A stretch of DNA of 64,000 nt from an uncultured Actinomycetota bacterium (GTDB lineage Bacteria > Actinomycetota > Actinomycetes > Streptosporangiales > Streptosporangiaceae): positions 142,113 through 206,112 of the forward strand of contig CAVZHC010000003.1 in assembly GCA_963774905.1 (NCBI GenBank). Direction: 5' to 3'. A program made the position numbers and the translations under genes. A model generated the notes under the pieces. It did not search any database and had not been told where the DNA came from. It saw only the letters and a program-made list of their open reading frames with translations. The first letter of the stretch is position 1, and every line of letters begins with the position of its first letter. Shown here one piece after another: positions 10,614 to 20,104 of this stretch.

Positions 10614-11330
10614 TCAGAAGGGGGCCGGAGCGGTGCCGAGCACCTCGATGCGATTGAGGTCGTCCGCCGGGCCGGTGCAGGGATCGGCGGTCAGCCTGGA
10701 CGTCCCGGCGGCACCGTCGGTGGCCAAGGCGAAGGCCAGTTCGAGCGGGAGCCTGGAGTGCGCCGGCGCCGTGCCGTCGGTGCCGAACCCGCGGCGGTCC
10801 GAGCGTCCGTGCACCAGGCGGGCGAGGCCGACCAGCGGTTCGATGACCTCGATCGGGTAATCGGTTCCCGCTAGCATGCGCACTCCGGCCGCAGCCAGGG
10901 CGGCCCACGGGTACGCGGCAGGCTCGCGCCCGGTGCCCGAGCGCCACAGGGACCTGGGCGGCGTCGGTCACCGCGAACGATGGCTGGACGCACACCGCGA
11001 CGCCGAGTTCCGCGCACCGGGCCGTGAGCTCCGCGGACTGGATGCTGCCGTGCTCGATCCTGGGCGCTGCCGCGGCGAGCGCGGTGCCGTCCCGGCCCCA
11101 GATCATCGCGTAGGCGTCGAGGACGGTGGCGACGGCCAGGTCGCCGATCGCGTGGGCGGCGATCCGCCAGCCCCGGGCGGCGAAGGCCTCGGCGCGCCTT
11201 GCGAGCGTGGCGGCGTCGGTGAAGAGGATCCCGGCGCCGGGCTGGTCGGCATAGTCGTCGCCCAGCGCGCAGGTGCGCGGCACCAGCCAGCCGTCGGCGT
11301 AGAACTTGATCCCGTCCAGGCTGACCCACG
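10614..11330 (-). pseudogene. Amidohydrolase-3 (YtcJ-like metal-dependent hydrolase) remnant: C-terminal ~240 codons only, with an internal frameshift
   Basis: Frame 1 reads WVSLDGIKFYADGWL...AAHAIGDLAV...RIEHGSI...VQPSFAV. Homology continues in another frame as REPAAYPWAALAAAGVRMLAGTDYPIE (ORF 10614..10883). The N-terminal half of the family is absent. Confidence 0.6.
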
Positions 11331-11532
11331 GTCCCGCGTCGGCTCGGCGGGCGTCGAGCTCGGCATCGCCGGTCTTCTCCGCCAGGCCGCTGGCCGTACG
11401 AGGACAGCTAACCCGCGCCCCGCGCCTGGGCCCAACCGCCTCTGCCACCCATTGACCGGAACAAACCGGGGTTGCCAGAGCGCAAACAGTGTAGAACCGG
11501 CATTTTCTCCCGGCCCGACCGCTGTTCCGCCT

Positions 11533-11636
11533 GGCGAGCTGACTTATCATCCGCTGGCGCCTCACATAAGCCGTAAATCGGTCGTAATCATGGCGTTGGC
11601 GGATGATAAGTGACCGCGGCGGATGATAAGTGGCGG
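11533..11636. repeat. Copy 2 of the ~85-nt palindromic element, with a 20-bp duplication of the right arm
   Basis: Arms 11543-11561 / 11592-11610, loop 11562-11591. GGCGGATGATAAGTG repeats at 11598 and 11618. Lies 8 bp from the ACAD stop and at the truncated end of the amidohydrolase remnant. Confidence 0.6.
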
Positions 11637-11643
11637 CGCGGGG

Positions 11644-12813
11644 CTATTTCAGGATCTGGCGGGCCATGACTACGCGCTGGATCTGGTTCGTGCCCTCGTA
11701 GATCTGGGTGATCTTCGCGTCGCGCATCATCCGCTCGACCGGGTAGTCACTCACGTACCCGTAGCCGCCGAGCAGCTGGACCGCGTCGGTCGTGACCTCC
11801 ATGGCCACGTCCGAGGCGTAGCACTTGCAGGCCGATGAGATGAACGTGAGGTCCGGCACGGTCTGGCCCTCCATCGCCCGCTCGGACCGCGCGGCGGCCG
11901 CGTACGTGAGCTGGCGTGCGGCCTCCACCTTCATCGCCATGTCCGCGAGCATGAACTGGATGCCCTGGAACTCGGCGATCGCCTTGCCGAACTGCTTGCG
12001 CTCGCGGACGTAACCCGCCGCGTAGTCAAGCGCGCCCTGGGCGATGCCCAGGGCCTGCGCGGCGATCGTGATCCTGGTGTGGTCCAGGGTCGCCAGCGCG
12101 GTCCGGAACCCGGTGCCCTCCTCGCCGATGATCCGGTCTGCCGGGATCCGGCAGTTGTCGAAGTACAGCTCGCGGGTCGGCGAGCCCTTGATGCCGAGCT
12201 TGTGCTCGGGCGCGCCGAACGAGAACCCCTCGTCCTCCTTCTCCACCACGAACGCGGAGATCCCGCGCGCGCCGACGCCTGGCTCGGTGACGGCCATGAC
12301 CGTGTAGAACCGGGACACGCCGGCGTTGGTGATCCAGCGCTTCGTGCCGCTGAGAACGTAGGAGTCTCCGTCGCGGACTGCCCTGGTCCGCATCGCCGCG
12401 GCATCCGAGCCGGCCTCGGGCTCGGACAGCGCGTAGGAGAACATCGCCTCGCCGCGGGCGACCGGCGGGAGATAGCGTTGCTTGAGGTCCTCAGAGCCGG
12501 ACAGCAGGAGCGGGACCGTGCCGAGCTTGTTGACCGCGGGGATCAGTGAGCTCGACGCGCAGGCGCGGGCCACCTCCTCGATCACGATCGCGGTCGCGAT
12601 CGCGTCGGCGCCAGCGCCGCCGTACGCCTCGGGAATGTGCACGGCATGCAGGTCGGCCTTGACCAGCGCGTCGTGCGCCTCCTGCGGGTACCGTGCCTCC
12701 TGGTCGACCTCGGCCGCGTACGGGACGATCTTGTCATCGGCCAGCTGGCGGACCGACTCGCGGAGCGCTTCGTGCTCCTCGGACAGGGCGTAGGCGGTGA
12801 AGTCAGAGCTCAT
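11644..12813 (-). CDS. Acyl-CoA dehydrogenase (FadE25-like by synteny with purE/purK)
   Basis: MSSDFTAYALSEEHEALRESV...YALSEPEAGSDAAAM...YEGTNQIQRVVMARQILK. The rest of the 801-aa ORF upstream of 12813 is a non-coding extension. Confidence 0.9.
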   Translation of the reverse strand: MSSDFTAYALSEEHEALRESVRQLADDKIVPYAAEVDQEARYPQEAHDALVKADLHAVHIPEAYGGAGADAIATAIVIEEVARACASSSLIPAVNKLGTVPLLLSGSEDLKQRYLPPVARGEAMFSYALSEPEAGSDAAAMRTRAVRDGDSYVLSGTKRWITNAGVSRFYTVMAVTEPGVGARGISAFVVEKEDEGFSFGAPEHKLGIKGSPTRELYFDNCRIPADRIIGEEGTGFRTALATLDHTRITIAAQALGIAQGALDYAAGYVRERKQFGKAIAEFQGIQFMLADMAMKVEAARQLTYAAAARSERAMEGQTVPDLTFISSACKCYASDVAMEVTTDAVQLLGGYGYVSDYPVERMMRDAKITQIYEGTNQIQRVVMARQILK

Positions 12814-12820
12814 GTACCCG

Positions 12821-14080
12821 ATGGTAGGAGCTGAGCAGAGCGGATCGGCGCCCGCCCTGCTGCTGTCGGCGGCCGGCCGGGAGCTGCTCGACCGCCTGGC
12901 CGGGGAGGATGTGACCCCGGACCGGGCGCTCGCGCTCTCCTCGGCGCTGCGCCGGCGGTACCCGGCGGAGCTGATCGCGGCGGCACTCACCCAGCAGGCG
13001 CTGCGGGTCGCGGCGCGGGCCAAGTTCAGCCTCGCCGACCAGATGCTGTTCACCAGGGCCGGCCTGGAGCAGGCATCCTCGGAGCTCACCGCGCGGCACG
13101 CGGCCGCAAGATTCGCCGGGGCCGGCCTGGTCGCCGACCTGTGCTGCGGCATCGGCGGCAACCTGTCCGCCCTGGCGGCGGCCTCCACCTCCGCCAGCGC
13201 CGGCACCAGCCTGTCCGCCGCCGACGCCGGCACCGGCACCGGCACCGCCCGCGTGATCGGCATCGACGCGGACCTGACCAGCCTGGAGTTCGCCAGGCAC
13301 AACGCGGCCGCCTGCGCCCCGGGCGCCGACGTCGCGCTGGTCTGCGCGGACGTCAGCCAGCTTCCGCTGACCGGGCTCGGCGCGGTCTTCATCGACCCGG
13401 CCCGCCGTGACGGCCAGCGCCGGCTGCCGCCCGGCCAGTACCGCCCGCCGCTGGCCTGGTGCCTGCGGCTGGCCGACGCGATCCCGCTGGTCGGCATCAA
13501 GGCGGCGCCCGGCCTGGACCGCGACGTCGTCCCGCCCGGCTGGGAGACCGAGTTCGTGGCGGTCGGCCGGGAGCTGAAGGAGGCGCTGCTGTGGTCACCG
13601 GCGCTGGCCACCGCGGGAACGGCCACCCGCGCCACGGTGCTGCCGACCGGCGACTCTCTTATTTCTTCCGTAACAGATCCCGCCGGGCCGGTGCCGCCCG
13701 TACCGCTGGCGCCGCCCGGGGAGTACCTGCTCGACCCGAGCCCGGCGGTCACCAGGGCCGGTCTCGTCGCCGACCTGGCGCGATCGCTCGGTGCGTGGCA
13801 GATCGATCCGATGATCGCGTTCTTGTCATCGGGCGAGCCGGTGCGGACGCCATTCGCCAGGACGCTCCGGGTACTCGATTCGGCCCCGTGGCACGAGAAG
13901 CGATTCGCCAAACGGCTGCGCGACCTCGACATCGGCTCGGCCGACATCCGGCGGCGCGGCCTGGCTGGCGACGTGGACCAGATCCGGCGGCGCCTTGGCC
14001 TGCGCGGCGAGGGCGCGGCCACGATCGTACTGACCAGGGTCGATGACAAGCCCTGGGGCCTGATCTGCGTCCCGCTCTGA
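12821..14080 (+). CDS. Class I SAM-dependent methyltransferase (THUMP-like C-terminal region)
   Basis: SAM-binding loop VADLCCGIGGN plus FIDPARR. Start uncertain (GTG 12797, ATG 12812 or 12821). Confidence 0.7.
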   Translation: MVGAEQSGSAPALLLSAAGRELLDRLAGEDVTPDRALALSSALRRRYPAELIAAALTQQALRVAARAKFSLADQMLFTRAGLEQASSELTARHAAARFAGAGLVADLCCGIGGNLSALAAASTSASAGTSLSAADAGTGTGTARVIGIDADLTSLEFARHNAAACAPGADVALVCADVSQLPLTGLGAVFIDPARRDGQRRLPPGQYRPPLAWCLRLADAIPLVGIKAAPGLDRDVVPPGWETEFVAVGRELKEALLWSPALATAGTATRATVLPTGDSLISSVTDPAGPVPPVPLAPPGEYLLDPSPAVTRAGLVADLARSLGAWQIDPMIAFLSSGEPVRTPFARTLRVLDSAPWHEKRFAKRLRDLDIGSADIRRRGLAGDVDQIRRRLGLRGEGAATIVLTRVDDKPWGLICVPL

Positions 14081-14224
14081 CCGGTCCACCACCAGGCGCC
14101 CGGCCGAGCCGCCCGCCATCAGGGCCGACGGCTATGCCACCACGAACGTGACCGTCGTCCTGACCGGCTCCTCCGAGTTCTGCGCCATTCCGTAGTTGGG
14201 CAGGCCGAACCGCGCCGTCACGTG

Positions 14225-14728
14225 CTAGCGGTCGAGTTTCGCGCGGAGGGCGGCGCCTTTGGCGAGGGCCGTCTGGCGGAGCTGATCCTGGAACTGCGTC
14301 ATCTTCTCGCGCAGGCCGGCGTCGCCGACGGCCAGGATCCGGACCGCGAGGAGGCCGGCGTTGCGCGCTCCGCCGACCGCGACGGTGGCGACCGGGATGC
14401 CGGCCGGCATCGAGACGATGGACAGCAGCGAGTCCAGGCCGTCGAGGTGTGCCAGCGGCACCGGCACCCCGATGACCGGCAGCGGCGTCACCGACGCGAG
14501 CATGCCAGGCAGGTGCGCCGCGCCGCCCGCCCCCGCGATGATCACCTTCAGGCCGCGGCCAGACGCCCGCGTCCCGTAGTCGATCATGTCGTGCGGCATC
14601 CGGTGCGCCGAGACCACGTCGGCCTCGTAGCGGACGCCGAACTCGTCAAGCGCCTCGGCGGCCGCGCGCATGACCGGCCAGTCCGAGTCGCTGCCCATCA
14701 CCACCGCGACGACGGGCTCGCCGCTCAC
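14225..14728 (-). CDS. purE: N5-carboxyaminoimidazole ribonucleotide mutase
   Basis: [14 protein letters not shown]...[10 protein letters not shown]...PVIGVPV. GTGA overlap with the purK stop. Confidence 0.95.
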   Translation of the reverse strand: MSGEPVVAVVMGSDSDWPVMRAAAEALDEFGVRYEADVVSAHRMPHDMIDYGTRASGRGLKVIIAGAGGAAHLPGMLASVTPLPVIGVPVPLAHLDGLDSLLSIVSMPAGIPVATVAVGGARNAGLLAVRILAVGDAGLREKMTQFQDQLRQTALAKGAALRAKLDR

Positions 14729-15939
14729 CGGACGCCCCAGCCGGGGACCGGCCCTGGACCTGGTTCCTCCGTGCCGAGGCTCAGGTAGCTGGCCGCCCGC
14801 CAGGCCCGCTCGCGCAGTACCGAGTAATCCTGGCCGGCCACGGTGACGTGCCCCACCTTGCGCCCGGAACGCACCTGCTTCCCATACAGGTGCACCTTGA
14901 CCCCAGGGTCGGCAGCCATCACGTGGACGAACCGCGAGTACAGGTCAGGGTCGTCACCGCCGAGCACGTTGACCATCACGGCGCTGCCTGCGTTCATCGT
15001 CGGCGAGCCGAGCGGCAGGTCGAGCACGGCCCGCAGGTGCTGCTCGAACTGCGAGGTCGCGGCGCCGTCGATGGTCCAGTGCCCGCAGTTGTGCGGCCGC
15101 ATCGCAAGCTCGTTGACGATCAGCTCGCCGCCGAGGGCGAACAGCTCGACGGCGAGCAGCCCGGTGACGTCGAGTTCGGCGGCGAGCGCGAGCCCGAGCC
15201 GCTGCGCGCGCATCGCCGTGTCCTGGTCAAGGCCGGGCGCCGGCGCGATCACCTCCCGGCAGATGCCGTCTTGCTGCACGGTCTGCACGACCGGGTACGC
15301 CGCTCCCTGCCCCTTGGGCGAGCGGGCCACAAGCACCGCGAGTTCCCGGTCGAACGCGACGTGCTCCTCGGCGATCAGCCCGATGCCGTGCGCGACCACC
15401 TCGGCCGCGGCCCGCTCGTCGGCGCAGATCCACACACCCCGCCCGTCATAGCCGCCCGAGGTGGCCTTGAGCACGACCGGCCACCCGCCGCCGCCGCTGC
15501 GCTCCGGCGCGGCCCCTGTCCCGCCCTCCGTGGCGAACGCAGCCACCTCGGCGACCGCAGAGACCGGCCGGTATCGCGGGCACCTGACCCCGATCTCCTT
15601 GAGCACAGGCATGTCGCTGAGCCTGGCCCGCATCGCGGCCTTGTCCTGGGCGAACCGCAGCGCCGGGCCACCCGGCCGCACCGCAGTGAGCCGTTCGAGC
15701 GCGGCCAGGTGCTCCCCCGGCACGTGCTCATGGTCGAACGTCACCACATCGCAGCCCGCGCCGAACGCCAGCACCTCCGACCCGGACCGGTAGTCGCCGA
15801 TCTGCGTCCTGGCGCACACCAGGGCCGCGCTGTCCGCCGGCGTGTCCGCGAGCACCCGGAACTCGATCCCGAGCCCGATCGCAGCCTGCGCCGTCATCCG
15901 GGCCAGCTGCCCGCCGCCGACCATGCCCACGACCGGCAT
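14725..15939 (-). CDS. purK: N5-carboxyaminoimidazole ribonucleotide synthase (ATP-grasp)
   Basis: [15 protein letters not shown]... ATP-grasp layout, immediately upstream of purE. ATG 15939 chosen. Confidence 0.9.
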   Translation of the reverse strand: MPVVGMVGGGQLARMTAQAAIGLGIEFRVLADTPADSAALVCARTQIGDYRSGSEVLAFGAGCDVVTFDHEHVPGEHLAALERLTAVRPGGPALRFAQDKAAMRARLSDMPVLKEIGVRCPRYRPVSAVAEVAAFATEGGTGAAPERSGGGGWPVVLKATSGGYDGRGVWICADERAAAEVVAHGIGLIAEEHVAFDRELAVLVARSPKGQGAAYPVVQTVQQDGICREVIAPAPGLDQDTAMRAQRLGLALAAELDVTGLLAVELFALGGELIVNELAMRPHNCGHWTIDGAATSQFEQHLRAVLDLPLGSPTMNAGSAVMVNVLGGDDPDLYSRFVHVMAADPGVKVHLYGKQVRSGRKVGHVTVAGQDYSVLRERAWRAASYLSLGTEEPGPGPVPGWGVR

Positions 15940-16055
15940 CGCCCCCGGCCCGCGTGCCCGCGCGACTCCCGCCCGACTGTCAACCCTCACCCGCCGTAGC
16001 CTACGAGGTCCGCCCGCACCGCTCGCCCTCCGCTGGCCCCGCCCCCCCCAAATCG

Positions 16056-16101
16056 ACGTGGGGACCTTGCTGTCGTTATAGCGACAGCAAGGTCCCCACG
16101 T
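16056..16101. repeat. Perfect 20-bp-stem hairpin of the ACGTGGG...CCCACGT family, followed by GGGCCGGAGCGGG-type short repeats
   Basis: ACGTGGGGACCTTGCTGTCG-TTATAG-CGACAGCAAGGTCCCCACGT, then TAATTCGC. Lies about 100 nt downstream of the sensor kinase stop, so it is a possible I-shaped terminator. Confidence 0.7.
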
Positions 16102-16203
16102 TAATTCGCAGGGGATGCCGGGCCGGGCCGGAGCGGGGTCGGGCCGGGCCGGAGCGGGACCGCGGCGGGCCCGAGCGCGCCGGAGCGGGGGTCGGGTGGG
16201 CGA

Positions 16204-17349
16204 CTACGCCGGGCCGGCTACTACCGGCTCGTCGAGCTGTTCGGTGACCGGCTGGGGGAAGATCACCGCGAACGTCGCCGGCCGCGGCCGCACCAGCACG
16301 AGCTGCCCGCCGTCGGAGGACGCCACCGACTTGGCCAGTGCCAGCCCGAGGCCGGTGCCGCCCGCGCCGCTCACGCTCCGCTCGAAGACGCGGTGCACCA
16401 GGTCCGCAGGCACGCCCTTGCCCTCGTCCTTGACCTCGATCACAACCGACCGGGGGGTCTGCGAGGTCCTGATGCTCACCGTGCCGCCGCCGTGCACGAG
16501 CGCGTTGTCCAGCAGCGTCGCGACCACCTGCGAGACTCCGCCCGAGCTGACATAAGCCCGCAGCCCCTTGTCGCCGAGCACCTCGAGCTTCCTGTTCACC
16601 GCGCGGAACGCCGGCTCCCACTCCACCACCTGCTGAACGATGATGTCGTCGATGCTGGACAGGGTCGGCGCGCCCGACGATGACCGCCGCGCCCGGCCGA
16701 GCAGCTGTGCTACCACCTGCGCGAGCCGGTCGGTCTGCGCCAGCGCGGCCGCTCCCTCCTCGCGGACGACGTCAGGGTCGTCGGCCGCGGCGACCATTTC
16801 TTCCAGCCGCATCGACAGCGCCGTCAGCGGCGTCCTGAGCTGGTGCGACGCGTCCACCGCGAAGTCCTGCTCGGCCGAGATCAGGTCGCTGACCCGCTTC
16901 GCCGAGTTATCCAGCCCCTCGGCGACCCGGTCAAGCTCCGCGATACCGTACCGCCTGCCGACCGGCCGCGCGTCGCCAGAGCCGATCCGGTCGGCCGCCC
17001 TGGCGAGGTCGCGCACAGGCCTCGCCAGCCGCCGCGCCTGGGCGCCCGCGAGCGCGGCGGCGACCAGCAGCGCGAGCACCGCGAGCAGGCCGACCTCGGC
17101 CGGTGACACCCGCAGCCGGCTCGGCGCAGCGCTCGCCGTAGTCGTCGTATGCGCCGACGACCCGCCCGTCGCCCTGCTGCCAGCCCCGGTGCTGCCCGCC
17201 CCGGTCCCCTTGGCCGTCGCGCCGTGTGCCAGCACCCCGGCCTGGGCCGGCCCGTGCGCCAGCGCCGTGACCGCCAGCCCCGCTCCGAACACCAGCACGG
17301 CGGCCACGGCCACGCCGAGCATCGACGTCAGCAGGCGGCGCTGCATCAA
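16204..17349 (-). CDS. Two-component sensor histidine kinase (2 TM, HAMP, HisKA, HATPase)
   Basis: H-box DASHQLRTPLTAL. ATPase motifs DNALVHGG, DEGKGVP, GTGLGLALA. Confidence 0.85.
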   Translation of the reverse strand: MMQRRLLTSMLGVAVAAVLVFGAGLAVTALAHGPAQAGVLAHGATAKGTGAGSTGAGSRATGGSSAHTTTTASAAPSRLRVSPAEVGLLAVLALLVAAALAGAQARRLARPVRDLARAADRIGSGDARPVGRRYGIAELDRVAEGLDNSAKRVSDLISAEQDFAVDASHQLRTPLTALSMRLEEMVAAADDPDVVREEGAAALAQTDRLAQVVAQLLGRARRSSSGAPTLSSIDDIIVQQVVEWEPAFRAVNRKLEVLGDKGLRAYVSSGGVSQVVATLLDNALVHGGGTVSIRTSQTPRSVVIEVKDEGKGVPADLVHRVFERSVSGAGGTGLGLALAKSVASSDGGQLVLVRPRPATFAVIFPQPVTEQLDEPVVAGPA

Positions 17350-17352
17350 AGC

Positions 17353-18024
17353 TCAGTCTCCGCGCTCGAACCTGAATCCGACTCCGCGCACGGTGGTGAT
17401 GAAATGCGGGTTGTGCGCGTCGTCGCCGAGCTTTCTGCGTAGCCAGGACACGTGCATGTCGAGCGTCTTCGTCGACCCCCACCATTTGCTGTCCCAGACC
17501 TGCCGCATGATCTGGTCCCTGGTGACGACCTTTCCCGCCTCGGACACCAGCAGGTGCAGCAGGTCGAATTCCTTCGACGTCAGGTCGAGTTCGGTCTCGC
17601 CGAGCCAGGAACGCCTGGCGTCAGTGTCGATCCTCACCCCCTGGACCACCTGCGTCGGCGAGGCGCCCCGGCGCAGCAGTGCCCGCACCCTGGCCAGGAA
17701 CTCGGCCAGCCGGAACGGCTTGGTCACGTAGTCGTCGGCGCCCGCGTCGAGGCCGATCACCGTGTCGACCTCCTCGGCCCGCGCGGTCAGGATCAGCACC
17801 GGCGTGGACTGACCGGCCAGCCGCAGCCGCCGGCAGACCTCGAGGCCGTCCATCCGCGGCAGCCCGATGTCGAGCACGATCAGGTCGATGCCGCCGGCCT
17901 TGGCGACCTCGAAGGTGCCCGGCCCGTCGACCGAAACCCCGACCTCGTAACCCTCGCGCCGCAACGCCCGTGCCAGCGGCTCGGAAATTGAAACATCGTC
18001 CTCAGCAAGCAATACGCTAGTCAT
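17353..18024 (-). CDS. OmpR/PhoB-family response regulator
   Basis: MTSVLLAEDD...DLIVLDIGLPRMDG... with a winged-helix C-terminus (ITTVRGVGFRF). Lies 3 nt upstream of the kinase start. Confidence 0.9.
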   Translation of the reverse strand: MTSVLLAEDDVSISEPLARALRREGYEVGVSVDGPGTFEVAKAGGIDLIVLDIGLPRMDGLEVCRRLRLAGQSTPVLILTARAEEVDTVIGLDAGADDYVTKPFRLAEFLARVRALLRRGASPTQVVQGVRIDTDARRSWLGETELDLTSKEFDLLHLLVSEAGKVVTRDQIMRQVWDSKWWGSTKTLDMHVSWLRRKLGDDAHNPHFITTVRGVGFRFERGD

Positions 18025-18463
18025 GGCGCGATCATAAGGGGGCAGATGTAATAGCCCCGAGGTGGCACACGCTAAGTAGGACAAGAATTTACCCGGCCGA
18101 TAATGTCGTCCGCCGGCAACGTCTTTGTTGCGGCGGCTCGCCCGAAATTCAGAGACTCAATTCAGTTTCGCAACCATTCGCCCGCCGCTGGGCGGCTTCG
18201 CCGACCACCAGCCTGCTCCGCCGCGTGGCCGGTCAGCCTCGCCGGCGCCTGGCCCGGCCGAACCGCGGGCCGTCCGCAGCCGGCCCTCGGCCCGCTGGCT
18301 AGCCGACCTGCCCAGGGGGTGTCGGCCTGCTGGGCCTGGCCGGTGCTGTAGCCGAGCTGGCCCCGGCTGTCGTCACCCCAGCACCACGCGTGCGGTCGCC
18401 GCGGATCGCCGCACGTAAGGCTTCCGGCCGCGATCGTGCGCGGCCGGAAGCCGAGTGCGGCGG

Positions 18464-20053
18464 TCAGACCGGGGTTACCCCGTGGCGGCGGCGGGAGAAG
18501 GAGCGATCCTTGCCGCTCGCGGCGGCGAAGCGGCGGATCAGGTCGGCGCGCAGGTCCTCGGGCTGGACGATGTCGTCGACGACCAGTTCTCCCGCCAGCC
18601 GCAGAATGTCGATGTCGGCCTCATAAGCCAGCCGGAGCCGTTGTACCTCCTGGTCCTTTTCCTGCGGGTCGGCGATCGCCGCGAGCTTGTTGTAATAGAC
18701 GGCATTGACCGCGGCCTCGGCACCCATGACCGCGATCTTCGCGGTCGGCAGGGCGAGCGTGGCGTCGGGCTCGAAGCCCGGCCCGGCCATCGCGTACAGC
18801 CCGGCTCCGTAGGCCTTGCGCACCACAACGCAGATCTTCGGCACCGTGGCCTCACAGACCGCGCTGATCATCTTGGCCCCGTGCCTGATGATGCCCTGCC
18901 GTTCTACCGCTGTGCCCACCATGAACCCAGGGACGTCGGCAAGGAACAGCAGCGGCACGCTGAACGCGTCGCACAGCTGGATGAACCTGGTGGCCTTGTC
19001 GGCCGAGTCCACAAATAGCACGCCGCCCTTGAACATGGGGTTGTTCGCGACCACGCCGATCACCAGGCCGTCCAGCCGGGCGAAGCCGGTGACCAGCTCC
19101 CTGGCCCAGAGCTCGTGGATCTCGAACAGCGACCCGGCATCCACCAGGCCGCGGACGAACCTGCGCATGTCGAACGCCTGCCGCTCGCTGGCTGGCACCA
19201 GGGCGCGCAGGTCGACCGGCTCGGGACCGGCCGGCTCGGCCAGCGGCGGCGCCGACCGCCAGTTGCCCGGCAGATAGGACAGGTAGCGGCGGACCGCCTC
19301 GATCGCGTCGGCCTCGGTCTTCGCCAGATGGTGGCCGCAGCCGGAGACCGTGCAGTGCATCCGGGCGCCGCCCATCTCCTCAAGCGTGGTCTGCTCGGAG
19401 ACCACCATCTCGACCATCCGCGGGCTGCCCAGGTACATCGAGGCGTTGCCGTCCACCATGGCCACGTAGTCGCAGAACGCCGGGATGTAGGCGCCGCCGG
19501 CCGCCGACGGGCCGAACAGCGCGCACACCTGCGGGATGGAGCCCGAGGCGCGGACCTGGGTGTGGAAGATCTTCCCCGCGCCGCGGCGCCCGGGGAACAT
19601 CTCGACCTGGTCGGTGATCCTGGCCCCGGCCGAGTCCACCAGGTAGATCATCGGCAGGCCAGACGCATACGCCTTCTCGATGATCCTGATGATCTTCTCG
19701 ACCGTCCTGGCGCCCCACGACCCGGCCTTGACGGTGGAGTCGTTGGCCATGAGCGCGACCGGACGGCCGCCGACCGTCGCGGTGCCGGTGATCACGCCGT
19801 CCGCCGGCAGGCCGTCGGCCAGCGCGTTCGCGAAGATCCCGTCCTCGGCGAGGCTGCCAGGATCGATCAGCATCGCGATCCGGTCCCTGGCGAAGAGCTT
19901 GCCGCCGACCGCGGCGGCCTGGTGGTACCTGGGCGCGCCGCCTCCCGCGATCGCGGCCCGCAGCGCGGGCAGGTCGGCGTGCTCGGTGCCGCCGGCGGCG
20001 CTGGCCTGCTGGCCGGGCTGCCGGGCGGTGGCCTCGTTCTGCGCTTCGCTCAC
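18464..20053 (-). CDS. Acyl-CoA carboxylase carboxyltransferase (beta) subunit, methylcrotonyl-CoA carboxylase/AccD1-like
   Basis: GKLFARDRIAMLIDPGS...MANDSTVKAGSWG...VCALFGPSAAGGAYIPAFCD...FLADVPGFMVG. GTG 20053 (VSEAQNEA). Confidence 0.9.
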   Translation of the reverse strand: MSEAQNEATARQPGQQASAAGGTEHADLPALRAAIAGGGAPRYHQAAAVGGKLFARDRIAMLIDPGSLAEDGIFANALADGLPADGVITGTATVGGRPVALMANDSTVKAGSWGARTVEKIIRIIEKAYASGLPMIYLVDSAGARITDQVEMFPGRRGAGKIFHTQVRASGSIPQVCALFGPSAAGGAYIPAFCDYVAMVDGNASMYLGSPRMVEMVVSEQTTLEEMGGARMHCTVSGCGHHLAKTEADAIEAVRRYLSYLPGNWRSAPPLAEPAGPEPVDLRALVPASERQAFDMRRFVRGLVDAGSLFEIHELWARELVTGFARLDGLVIGVVANNPMFKGGVLFVDSADKATRFIQLCDAFSVPLLFLADVPGFMVGTAVERQGIIRHGAKMISAVCEATVPKICVVVRKAYGAGLYAMAGPGFEPDATLALPTAKIAVMGAEAAVNAVYYNKLAAIADPQEKDQEVQRLRLAYEADIDILRLAGELVVDDIVQPEDLRADLIRRFAAASGKDRSFSRRRHGVTPV

Positions 20054-20104
20054 GGTCGAGAGCGTACCGAGGCGGGCATCGGCGGGATGCGGCACAGTAG
20101 TGCC

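Noticed and set aside
12814-14049. N-terminal 410 codons of the 801-aa ORF 11644..14049, as if the ACAD were a fusion protein.
   Set aside because: This part is antisense to the methyltransferase gene and is Ser/Ala/Arg-rich junk. The ACAD family starts at MSSDFT (12813) with the normal ~390-aa length.
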